From Eledone cirrhosa (Eukaryota), in the NCBI GenBank assembly GCA_964016885.1, contig OZ024744.1, forward strand, positions 31,496,001 to 31,560,000: a stretch of 64,000 nt of DNA, read 5' to 3'. The first letter of the stretch is position 1. The number at the start of each line of letters is the position of its first letter. The position numbers and the translations under genes were made by a program. The notes beneath the pieces were generated by a model, which was not told where the DNA came from, did no database searches, and saw only the letters and a list, made by a program, of their open reading frames with translations. Positions 27,901 through 41,300 of the stretch are shown one piece after another.

Positions 27901-30509
27901 TGTCCTATGTCATGGCCAACTGAGACGTTGATAAACCCAGTACTAACAATGTCCTATGTCATGCCCAACTGAGACATTGGTAAACCCAGTACTATCTAAT
28001 GTCCTATGTCATGGCACACTGAGACGTTAGTAAACCCAGTACTAATTAATGTCCTCTCTCATGGCCAACTGAGACGTTGGTAAACCCAGTACTAACTAAT
28101 GTCCTCTTTCATAGCCAACTGAGACGTAGGTAAACCCAGTACAAACTATTGTCCTCTGTCATGGCCAACTGAGACGTTGGTAAACCCAGTACTAACTAAT
28201 GTCCTCTGTCATGGCCAACTGAGACGTTGGTAAACCCAGTACTAACTAATGTCCTCTGTCGTGGCCAACTGAGACGTTGGTAAACCCAGTACTAACTAAT
28301 GTCCTATGTCATGGCCAACTGAGTCGTTGGTAAACCCAGTACTATCTAATGTCCTATGTCATGACCAACTGAGACGTTGGTAAACCCAGTACTAACTAAT
28401 GTCCTCTGTCATAGCCAACTGAGACGTAGGTAAACCCAGTACTAACTAATGTCCTCTGTCATGGCCAACTGAGACGTTGGTAAACCCAGTACTAACTAAT
28501 GTACTCTGTCATAGCCAACTGAGATATTGCTAAACCCAGTGTTATCTAATGTCCTATGTCATGACCAACTGAGACGTTGGTATACCCAGTACTAACGAAT
28601 GTCCTCTGTCATGGCCAACTGAGACATTCGTAAACCCAGTATAAACTAATGACCTATGTCATGGCCAACTGAGACGTTAGTAAACCCAGTACTAACTAAT
28701 GTCCTATGTCATGGCCAACTGAGACGTTGGTAAATCCAGTACTAACTAATGTCCTCTCTCATGACCAACTGAGACGTTGGTAAACACATTACTAACTAAT
28801 GCTCTCCGTCATGGCCAACTGAGACGTAGGTAAACCCAGTACTAACTAATGTCCTCTGTCATGGCCAACTGAGACATTCGTAAACCCAGTACTAACTACT
28901 GTCCTATATCATGCCCAACTGAGACATTGGTAAACCCAGTACTAACTAATGTCCTATGTCATGGCTAACTGAGACGTTGGTAAATCCAGTACTAACTAAT
29001 GTCCTCGCTCATGACCAACTGAGACGTTGGTAAACCCAGTACTAACTAATATCCTATGTCATGACCAACTGAGACGTTGGTAAACCCAGTACTAAATAAT
29101 GTCATCTGTTATGGCCAACTGAGACATTCGTAAACTCAGTACTAACTAATGTCCTCTGTCATGGCCAACTGAGAGATTGGTAAACCCAGTACTAACTCAT
29201 GTCCTATGTCATGATCAACTGAGACATTGTAAACCCAGTATTAACTAATGTCCTATGTCATGGCCAACTGAGACGTTGGTAAACTAAGTACTAACTAATG
29301 TCCTCTGTCATGGCCAACTGAGACATTGGTAAACCCAGTACTAACTAATGTCCTATGTCATAACCAACTGAGATATTGGTAAACCCATTACTAACTAATC
29401 TCCTATGTCATGGCCAACTGAAACGTTTGGTAAATCCAGTACTAACTAATGTCCTCTCTCATGGCCAACTGAGACGTTGGTAAACCCAGTATTAACTTAT
29501 GTCCTATGTCATGGCCAACTGAGACGATGGTAAACCCAGTACTAACTAATGTCCTCTCTCATGACCAACTGAGACGTTGGTAAACACATTACTAACTAAT
29601 GTCCTCTTTCATAGCCAACTGAGAAGTAGGTAAACCCAGTACAAACTATTATCCTCTGTCATGGCCAACTGAGGCGTTGGTAAACCCAGTACTAACTAAT
29701 GTCCTCTGTCATGGCCAACTGAGACATTCGTAAACCCAGTACTAACTAATGTCCTCTGTTATGGCCAACTGAGAGATTGGTAAACCCAGTACTAACTAAT
29801 GTCCTATGTCATGACCAACTGAGACATTGGTAAACCCAGTACTAAGTAATGTCCTATGTCATTGCCAACTGAAACGTTGGTAAACCCAGTACTAACTAAT
29901 GTCCTCTGTCATGGCCAACTGAGACGTTGGTAAACCCAGTACTAACTAATGTCCTCTGTCATGGCCAACTGAGACGTTGGTAAACCCAGTACTAACTAAT
30001 GTCCTATGTTATGGCCAACTGAGTCGTTGGTAAACCCAGTACTATCTAATGTCCTATGTCATGACCAACTGAGACGTTGGTAAACCCAGTACTAACTAAT
30101 GTCCTCTGTCATAGCCAACTGAGACGTAGGTAAACCCAGTACTAACTAATGTCCTCTGTCATGGCCAACTGAGACGTAGGTAAACCCAGTACTAACTAAT
30201 GTACTCTGTCATGGCCAACTGAGATATTGCTAAACCCAGTGTTATCTAATGTCCTATGTCATGACCACCTGAGACGTTGGTATACCCAGTACTAACGAAT
30301 GTCCTCTGTCATGACCAACTGAGACATTGGTAAACCCAGTATAAACTAATGACCTATGTCATGGCCAACTGAGACGTTAGTAAACCCAGTACTAACTAAT
30401 GTCCTATGTCATGGCCAACTGAGACGTTGGTAAATCCAGTACTAACTAATGTCCTCTCTCATGACCAACTGAGACGTTGGTAAACCCAGTACTAACTAAT
30501 GTTCTCTGT

Positions 30510-33500
30510 CATGGCCAACTGAGACGTAGGTAAACCCAGTACTAACTAATGTCCTCTGTCATGGCCAACTGAGACATTCGTAAACCCAGTACTAACTAAT
30601 GTCCTATGTCATGCCCAACTGAGACATTGGTAAACCCAGTACTAACTAATGTCCTATGTCATGGCTAACTGAGACGTTGGTAAATCCAGTACTAACTAAT
30701 GTCCTCTCTCGTGACCAACTGAGACGTTGGTAAACCCAGTACTAACTAATGTCCTATGTCATGACCAACTGAGACGTTGGTAAACCCAGTAGTAACTAAT
30801 GTCCTCTGTTATGGCCAACTGAGACATTCGTAAACCCAGTACTAACTAATGTCCTCTGTCATGGCCAACTGAGACATTGGTAAATCCAGTACTAACTAAT
30901 GTCCTCTCTCATGGCCAACTGAGACGTTGGTAAACCCAGTATTATCTAATGTCCTATGTCATGGCCAACTGAGACGATGGTAAACCCAGTACTAAATAAT
31001 GTCCTCTGTCATGGCCAACTGAGACATTGGTAAACCCAGTACTAACTAATGTCCTATGTCATGGCCAACTGAGACATTGGTACACCCAGTACTTTCTAAT
31101 GTCCTATGTCATGGCACACTGAGACGTTGGTAAACCCAGTACTAACTAATGTCCTCTCTCATGGCCAACTGAGACGTTGGTAAACCCAGTACTAACTAAT
31201 GTCCTCTGTCATGGCCAACTGAGTCGTTGGTAAACCCAGTACTAACTAATGTCCTCTGTTATGGCCAAATGAGAGATTGGTAAACCCAGTACTAACTAAT
31301 GTCCTATGTCATGACCAACTGAGACATTGGTAAACCCAGTACTAACTAATGTCCTCTGTCATAGCCAACTGAGACATTGGTAAACCCAGTACTAACTAAT
31401 GTCCTATGTCATGGCCAACTGAGACGTTGGTAAATCCAGTACTAACTAATGTCCTCTCTCATGACCAACTGAGACGTTGGTAAAGCCAGTACAAACTAAT
31501 GTTCTCTGTCATGGCCAACTGACACGTAGGTAAACCCAGTACTAACTAATGTCCTATGTCATCGCCAACTGAGACGTTGGTAAACCCAGTACTAACTAAT
31601 GTCCTATGTCATGACCAACTGAGACGTTGGTAAACCCAGTACTAACTAATGTCCTCTGTCATGGCCAACTTAGACGTAGGTAAACCCAGTACTAACTAAT
31701 GTCCTCTGTCATGGCCAACTGAGACGTTGGTAAACCCAGTACTAACTAATGTCCTCTGTCATTAACAACTGAGACGTAGGTAAACCCAGTACTAACTAAT
31801 GTCCTATGTCATGGCCAACTGAGACGTTGGTAAACCCAGTATTAACTAATGTCCTATGTCATGACCAACTGAGACATTGGTAAACCCAGTACTAACTAAT
31901 GTCCTATGTCATGGCCAACTGAGACGTTGGTAAACTCAGTACTAACTAATGTCTTATGTCTTGGCCAACTGAGACATTGGTAAACCCAGTACTAACTAAT
32001 GTCCTCTGTCATGGCCAACCGAGACGGTGGTAAACCCAGTACTAACTAATGTCCTCTGTCATGGACAACGGAGACGTTGGTAAACCCAGTACTAACTAAT
32101 GTCCTATGTCATGACCATCTGAGACATTGGTAAACCCAGTACTAACTAATGTCCTCTCTCATGGCCAACTGAGACGTTGGTAAACCCAGTACAAACTAAT
32201 GTCCTCTGTCATGGCCAACTGAGAGATTGGTAAACCCAGTACTAACTAATGTCCTCTGTCATGGTCAACTGAGACATTGGTAAACCCAGTACTAACTAAT
32301 GTCCTATGTCATGGTTAACTGAGACGTTGGTAAACTCAATACTAACTAATGTCCTCTGTCATGGCCAACTGAGACATTGGTAAACCCAGTACTAACTAAT
32401 GTCCTATGTCATGACCAAATGAGATATTGGTAAACCCATTACTAACTAATGTCCTATGTCATGGCCAACTGAGACGTTGGTAAATCCAGTACTAACTAAT
32501 GTCCTATGTCATGGCCAACTGAGACGATGGTAAACCCAGTACTAAATAATGACCTCTGCCATGGCCAACTGAAACATTGGTAAACCCAGTACTAACTAAT
32601 GTCCTATGTCATGGCCAACTGAGACATTGGTAAACCCAGTACTATCTAATGTCCTATGTCATGGCACACTGAGACGTTGGTAAAACCAGTACTAATTAAT
32701 GTCCTCTCTCATGGTCAACTGAGACGATGGTAAACCCAGTACTAAATAATGTCCTCTGTCATGGCCAACTGAGACATTGGTAAACCCAGTACTAACTAAT
32801 GTCCTCTGTCATGGCCAACTGAGCCGTTGGTAAACCCAGTACTATCTAATGTCCTATGTCATGACCAACTGAGACATTCGTAAACCCAATACTAACTAAT
32901 GTCCTCTGTTATGGCCAACTGAGAGATTGGTAAACCCAGTACTAACTAATGTCCTATGTCATGACCAACTGAGACATTGGTAAACCCAGTACTAACTAAT
33001 GTCCTATGTCATTGCCAACTGTGACGTTGGTAAACCCAGTACTAACTAATGTCCTCTGTCATGGCCAACTGAGACATTGGTAAACCCAGTACTAACTAAT
33101 GTCCTATGTCATGGCCAACTGAGACATTGGTAAACCCAGTACTAACTAATGTCCTCTGTCATGGCCAACTGAGACATTCGTAAACCCAGTACTAACTAAT
33201 GTCCTCTGTTATGGCCAACTGAGAGATTGGTAAACCCAGTACTAACAAATGTCCTATGTCATGACCAACTGAGACATTGGTAAACCCAGTACTAAGTAAT
33301 GTCCTATGTCATTGCCAACTGAGACGTTGGTAAACCCAGTACTAACTAATGTCCTCTGTCATGGCCAACTGAGACGTAGGTAAACCCAGTACTAACTAAT
33401 GTCCTCTGTCATGGCCAACTGAGACATTCGTAAACCCAGTACTAACTAATGTCCTATGTCATGCCCAACTGAGACATTGGTAAACCCAGTACTAACTAAT

Positions 33501-36500
33501 GTCCTATGTCATGGCTAACTGAGACGTTGGTAAATCCAGTACTAACTAATGTCCTCTCTCATGACCAACTGAGACGTTGGTAAACCCAGTACTAACTAAT
33601 GTCCTATGTCATGACCAACTGAGACGTTGGTAAACCCAGTAGTAACTAATGTCCTCTGTTATGGCCAACTGAGACATTCGTAAACCCAGTACTAACTAAT
33701 GTCCTCTGTCATGGCCAACTGAGAGATTGGTAAATCCAGTACTAACTAATGTCCTCTCTCATGGCCAACTGAGACGTTGGTAAACCCAGTATTATCTAAT
33801 GTCCTATGTCATGGCCAACTTAGACGATGGTAAACCCAGTACTAAATAATGTCCTCTGTCATGGCCAACTGAGACATTGGTAAACCCAGTACTAACTAAT
33901 GTCCTATGTCATGGCCAACTGAGACATTGGTACACCCAGTACTTTCTAATGTCCTATGTCATGGCACACTGAGACGTTGGTAAACCCAGTACTAATTAAT
34001 GTCCTCTCTCATGGCCAACTGAGACGTTGGTAAACCCAGTACTAACTAATGTCCTCTTTCATAGCCAACTGAGACGTAGGTAAACCCAGTACAAACCATT
34101 GTCCTCTGTCATGGCCAACTGAGACATTGGTAAACCCAGTACTAACTAATGTCCTATGTCATGGCCAACTGAGACATTGGTACACCCAGTACTTTCTAAT
34201 GTCCTATGTCATGGCACACTGAGACGTTGGTAAACCCAGTACTAACTAATGTCCTCTCTCATGGCCAACTGAGACGTTGGTAAACCCAGTACTAACTAAT
34301 GTCCTCTGTCATGGCCAACTGAGTCGTTGGTAAACCCAGTACTAACTAATGTCCTCTGTTATGGCCAAATGAGAGATTGGTAAACCCAGTACTAACTAAT
34401 GTCCTATGTCATGACCAACTGAGACATTGGTAAACCCAGTACTAACTAATGTCCTCTGTCATAGCCAACTGAGACATTGGTAAACCCAGTACTAACTAAT
34501 GTCCTATGTCATGGCCAACTGAGACGTTGGTAAATCCAGTACTAACTAATGTCCTCTCTCATGACCAACTGAGACGTTGGTAAAGCCAGTACAAACTAAT
34601 GTTCTCTGTCATGGCCAACTGACACGTAGGTAAACCCAGTACTAACTAATGTCCTATGTCATCGCCAACTGAGACGTTGGTAAACCCAGTACTAACTAAT
34701 GTCCTATGTCATGACCAACTGAGACGTTGGTAAACCCAGTACTAACTAATGTCCTCTGTCATGGCCAACTTAGACGTAGGTAAACCCAGTACTAACTAAT
34801 GTCCTCTGTCATGGCCAACTGAGACGTTGGTAAACCCAGTACTAACTAATGTCCTCTGTCATTAACAACTGAGACGTAGGTAAACCCAGTACTAACTAAT
34901 GTCCTATGTCATGGCCAACTGAGACGTTGGTAAACCCAGTATTAACTAATGTCCTATGTCATGACCAACTGAGACATTGGTAAACCCAGTACTAACTAAT
35001 GTCCTATGTCATGGCCAACTGAGACGTTGGTAAACTCAGTACTAACTAATGTCTTATGTCTTGGCCAACTGAGACATTGGTAAACCAAGTACTAACTAAT
35101 GTCCTCTGTCATGGCCAACCGAGACGGTGGTAAACCCAGTACTAACTAATGTCCTCTGTCATGGCCAACGGAGACGTTGGTAAACCCAGTACTAACTAAT
35201 GTCCTATGTCATGACCATCTGAGACATTGGTAAACCCAGTACTAACTAATGTCCTCTCTCATGGCCAACTGAGACGTTGGTAAACCCAGTACAAACTAAT
35301 GTCCTCTGTCATGGCCAACTGAGAGATTGGTAAACCCAGTACTAACTAATGTCCTCTGTCATGGTCAACTGAGACATTGGTAAACCCAGTACTAACTAAT
35401 GTCCTATGTCATGGTTAACTGAGACGTTGGTAAACTCAATACTAACTAATGTCCTCTGTCATGGCCAACTGAGACATTGGTAAACCCAGTACTAACTAAT
35501 GTCCTATGTCATGACCAAATGAGATATTGGTAAACCCATTACTAACTAATGTCCTATGTCATGGCCAACTGAGACGTTGGTAAACTCAGTACTAACTAAT
35601 GTCTTATGTCTTGGCCAACTGAGACGTTGGTAAACCCAGTACTAACTAATGTCCTCTGTCATGGCCAACCGAGACGGTGGTAAACCCAGTACTAACTAAT
35701 GTCCTATGTCATGGCCAACTGAGACGATGGTAAACCCAGTACTAAATAATGTCCTCTGCCATGGCCAACTGAAACATTGGTAAACCCAGTACTAACTAAT
35801 GTCCTATGTCATGGCCAACTGAGACATTGGTAAACCCAGTACTATCTAATGTCCTATGTCATGGCACACTGAGACGTTGGTAAAACCAGTACTAATTAAT
35901 GTCCTCTCTCATGGCCAACTGAGACGATGGTAAACCCAGTACTAAATAATGTCCTCTGTCATGGCCAACTGAGACATTGGTAAACCCAGTACTAACTAAT
36001 GTCCTCTGTCATGGCCAACTGAGCCGTTGGTAAACCCAGTACTATCTAATGTCCTATGTCATGACCAACTGAGACATTCGTAAACCCAATACTAACTAAT
36101 GTCCTCTGTTATGGCCAACTGAGAGATTGGTAAACCCAGTACTAACTAATGTCCTATGTCATGACCAACTGAGACATTGGTAAACCCAGTACTAACTAAT
36201 GTCCTATGTCATTGCCAACTGTGACGTTGGTAAACCCAGTACTAACTAATGTCCTCTGTCATGGCCAACTGAGACATTGGTAAACCCAGTACTAACTAAT
36301 GTCCTATGTCATGGCCAACTGAGACATTGGTAAACCCAGTACTAACTAATGTCCTCTGTCATGGCCAACTGAGACATTCGTAAACCCAGTACTAACTAAT
36401 GTCCTCTGTTATGGCCAACTGAGAGATTGGTAAACCCAGTACTAACAAATGTCCTATGTCATGACCAACTGAGACATTGGTAAACCCAGTACTAAGTAAT

Positions 36501-36550
36501 GTCCTATGTCATTGCCAACTGAGACGTTGGTAAACCCAGTACTAACTAAT
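30510..36550 (+). repeat. Tandem duplication of a ~2.85-3.2 kb block
   Basis: agtaactaat 30791/33641 (2850), taaagccagtacaaact 31481/34581 (3100), taaacccaat 32881/36081 (3200), actaacaaat 33241/36441 (3200). Confidence 0.85.
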
Positions 36551-38349
36551 GTCCTCTGTCATAGCCAACTGAGACATTGTTAAACCCAGTACTAACTAAT
36601 GTCCTATGTCATGGCCAACTGAGACGTTGGTAAATCCAGTACTAACTAATGTCCTCTCTCATGACCAACTGAGACGTTGGTAAACCCAGTACAAACTAAT
36701 GTTCTCTGTCATGGCCAACTGACACGTAGGTAAACCCAGTACTAACTAATGTCCTCTGTCATGGCCAACTGAGCCGTTGGTAAACCCAGTACTATCTAAT
36801 GTCCTATGTCATGACCAACTGAGACGTTGGTAAACCCAGTACTAACTAATGTCCTCTGTCATGGCCAACTGAGACATTCGTAAACCCAGTACTAACTAAT
36901 GTCCTCTGTTATGGCCAACTGAGAGATTGGTAAACCCAGTACTAACTAATGTCCTAGGTCATGACCAACTGAGACATTGGTAAACCCAGTACTAACTAAT
37001 GTCCTATGTCATTGCCAACTGTGACGTTGGTAAACCCAGTACTAGCTAATGTCCTCTGTCATGGCCAACTGAGAGATTGGTAAACCCAGTACTAACTAAT
37101 GTCCTATGTCATGGCCAACTGAGACATTGGTAAACCCAGTACTAACTAATGTCCTCTGTCATGGCCAACTGAGACATTCGTAAACCCAGTACTAACTAAT
37201 GTCCTCTGTTATGGCCAACTGAGAGATTGGTAAACCCAGTACTAACTAATGTCCTATGTCATGACCAACTGAGACATTGGTAAACCCAGTACTAAGTAAT
37301 GTCCTATGTCATTGCCAACTGAGACGTTGGTAAACCCAGTACTAACTAATGTCCTCTGTCATAGCCAACTGAGACATTGTTAAACCCAGTACTAACTAAT
37401 GTCCTATATCATGGCCAACTGAGACGTTGGTAAATCCAGTACTAACTAATGTCCTCTCTCATGACCAACTGAGACGTTGGTAAACCCAGTACTAACTAAT
37501 GTCCTCTGTCATAGCCAACTGAGACATTGTTAAACCCAGTACTAACTAATGTCCTATGTCATGGCCAACTGAGACGTTGGTAAATCCAGTACTAACTAAT
37601 GTCCTCTCTCATGACCAACTGAGAGATTGGTAAACCCAGTACTAACTAATGTCCTAGGTCATGACCAACTGAGACATTGGTAAACCCAGTATTAACTAAT
37701 GTCCTATGTCATTGCCAACTGTGACGTTGGTAAACCCAGTACTAGCTAATGTCCTCTGTCATGGCCAACTGAGACATTGGTAAACCCAGTACTAACTAAT
37801 GTCCTATGTCATGGCCAACTGAGACATTGGTAAACCCAGTACTAACTAATGTCCTCTGTCATGGCCAACTGAGACATTCGTAAACCCAGTACTAACTAAT
37901 GTCCTCTGTTATGGCCAACTGAGAGATTGGTAAACCCAGTACTAACTAATGTCCTATGTCATGACCAACTGAGACATTGGTAAACCCAGTACTAAGTAAT
38001 GTCCTCTGTCATGGCCAACTGAGACATTCGTAAACCCAGTACTAACTAATGTCCTCTGTTATGGCCAACTGAGAGATTGGTAAACCCAGTACTAAGTAAT
38101 GTCCTATGTCATTGCCAACTGAGACGTTGGTAAACCCAGTACTAACTAATGTCCTATGTCATCGCCAACTGAGACGTTGGTAAACCCAGTACTAACTAAT
38201 GTCCTATGTCATGACCAACTGAGACGTTGGTAAACCCAGTACTAACTAATGTCCTCTGTCATGCCCAACTGAGACGTTGGTAAACCCAGTACTAACTAAT
38301 GTCCTCTGTCATTAACAACTGAGACGTAGGTAAACCCAGTACTAACTAA

Positions 38350-41300
38350 TGTCCTATGTCATGGCCAACTGAGACGTTGGTAAACCCAGTATTAACTAAT
38401 GTCCTATGTCATGACCAACTGAGACATTGGTAAACCCAGTACTAACTAATGTCCTATGTCATGTCCAACTGAGACGTTGGTAAACCCAGTACTAACTAAT
38501 GTCTTATGTCATGGCCAATTGAGACATTGGTAAACCCAGTACTAACTAATGTCCTCTGTCATGGCCAACCGAGACGGTGGTAAACCCAGTACTAACTAAT
38601 GTCCTCTGTCATAGCCAACTGAGACGTAGGTAAACCCAGTACTAACTAATGTCCTCTGTCATGACCAACTGAGATATTGCTAAACCCAGTGTTATCTAAT
38701 GTCCTATGTCATGACCAACTGAGACGTTGGTATACCCAGTACTAACGAATGCCTCTGTCATGGCCAACTGAGACATTGTTAAACCCAGTATAAACTAATG
38801 ACCTATGTCATGGCCAACTGAGACGTTGGTAAACCCAGTACTAATTAATGTCCTCTCTCATGGCCAACTGAGACGATGGTAAACCCAGTACTAACTAATG
38901 TCCTCTGAAATAGCCAACTGAGACATTGTTAAACCCAGTACTAACTAATGTCCTATGTCATGGCCAACTGAGACGTTGGTAAATCCAGTACTAACTAATG
39001 TCCTCTCTCATGACCAACTGAGACGTTGGTAAACCCAGTACAAACTAATGTTCTCTGTCATGGCCAACTGACACGTAGGTAAACCCAGTACTAACTAATG
39101 TCCTATGTCATCGCCAACTGAGACGTTGGTAAACCCAGTACTAACTAATGTCCTATGTCATGACCAACTGAGACGTTGGTAAACCCAGTACTAACTAATG
39201 TCCTCTGTCATGGCCAACTTAGACGTAGGTAAACCCAGTACTAACTAATGTCCTCTGTCATGGCCAACTGAGACGTTGGTAAACCCAGTACTAACTAATG
39301 TCCTCTGTCATTAACATCTGAGACGTAGGTAAACCCAGTATTAACTAATGTCCTATGTCATGACCAACTGAGACATTGGTAAACCCAGTACTAACTAATG
39401 TCCTATGTCATGGCCAACTGAGACGTTGGTAAACCCAGTACTAACTAATGTCTTATGTCATGCCCAACTGAGACATTGGTAAACCCAGTACTAACTAATG
39501 TCCTCTGTCATGGCCAACCGAGACGGTGGTAAACCCAATACTAACTAATGTCCTCTGTCATAGCCAACTGAGACGTAGGTAAACCCAGTACTAAATAATG
39601 TCCTCTGTCATGGCCACCTGAGACGTTGGTAAACCCAGTACTAACTAATGTCCTCTGTCATGACCAACTGAGATATTGCTAAACCCAGTGTTATCTAATG
39701 TCCTATGTCATGGCCAACTGAGACGTTGGTAAACCCAGTACTAACTAATGTCCTATGTCATGACCAACTGAGACGTTGGTAAACCCAGTATTAACTAATG
39801 TCCTATGTCATGGCCAACTGAGACGTTGGTAAACCCAGTACTAACTAATGTCCTATGTCATGGCCAACTGAGACGTTGGTAAACCCAGTATTAACTAATG
39901 TCCTATGTCATGGCCAACTGAGACATTGGTAAACACAGTACTAACTAATGTCGTATGTCATGGCCAACTGAGACATTGGTAAACCCAGTACTAACTAATG
40001 TCCTATGTCATGGCCAATTGAGACGTTGGTAAACACAGTACTAACTAATGTACTCTCTCCTGGCCAACTGAGACGTTGGTAAACCCAGTACTAACTAATG
40101 TCCTATGTCATGACCAACTGAGATATTGCTAAACCCAGTACTAATTAATGTCCTATGTCATGGCCAACTGAGAGATTGGTAAAGCCAGTACTAACTAATG
40201 TCCTATGTCATGGACAAATGAGACGTAGGTAAATCCAGTTCTAACTAATGTCCTCTGTCATGGCCAACTGAGACATTCGTAAAACAAGTACTAACTAATG
40301 TCCTCTGTCATGGCCAACTGAGTCATTGGTAAACCCAGTAATAACTAATGTCCTATGTCATGGCCAACTGAGACGATGGTAAACCCAGTACTAAATAATG
40401 TCCTCTGTCATAGCCAACTGAGACATTCCTAAACCCAGTACTAACTAATGTCCTCTGTCATGGCCAACTGAGACATTGGTAAACCCAGTACTAACTAATG
40501 TCCTATGTCATGGCCAACTGAGACGTTGGTAAACCCAGTACTAACTAATGTCCTCTGTCATAGCCAACTGAGACGTAGGTAAACCCAGTACTAACTAATG
40601 TCCTCTGTCATGGCCAACTGAGACGTTGGTAAACCCAGTACTAACTAATGTCCTCTGTCATGGCCAACTGAGATATTGCTAAACCCAGTATTATCTAATG
40701 TCCTCTGTCATGACCAACTGAGACGTTGGTATACCCAGTACTAACGAATGTCCTCTGTCATGGCCAACTGAGACATTGGTAAACCCAGTATAAACTAATG
40801 TCCTATGTCATGACCAACTGAGACGTTGGTAAACCCAGTACTAACTAACGCCCTATGTCATGGCCAACTGAGACGTTGGTAAACCCAGTACTAACTATTG
40901 TCCTCTGTCATGGCCAACTGAGACGTTGGTAAACACAGTACTAACTAATGTCTTATGTCATGGCCAACTGAGATGTTGGTAAACCCAGTACTAACTAATG
41001 TCCTCTGTCATGGCCAACTGAGAGATTGGTAAACCCAGTACTAACTAATGTCCTATGTCATGACCAACTGAGACATTGGTAAACCCAGTACGAACTAATG
41101 TCCTATGTCATGGCCAACTGAGACGTTGGTAAACCCAGTACTAACTAATGTCCTCTGTCATGGCCAACTGAGACGTTGGTAAACCTAGTATTAACTAATG
41201 TCCTATGTCTTGGCCAACTGAGACGATGGTAAACCCAGTACTAAATAATGTCCTCTCTCATGGCCAACTGAGACATTGGTAAACCCAGTTCTAACTAATG

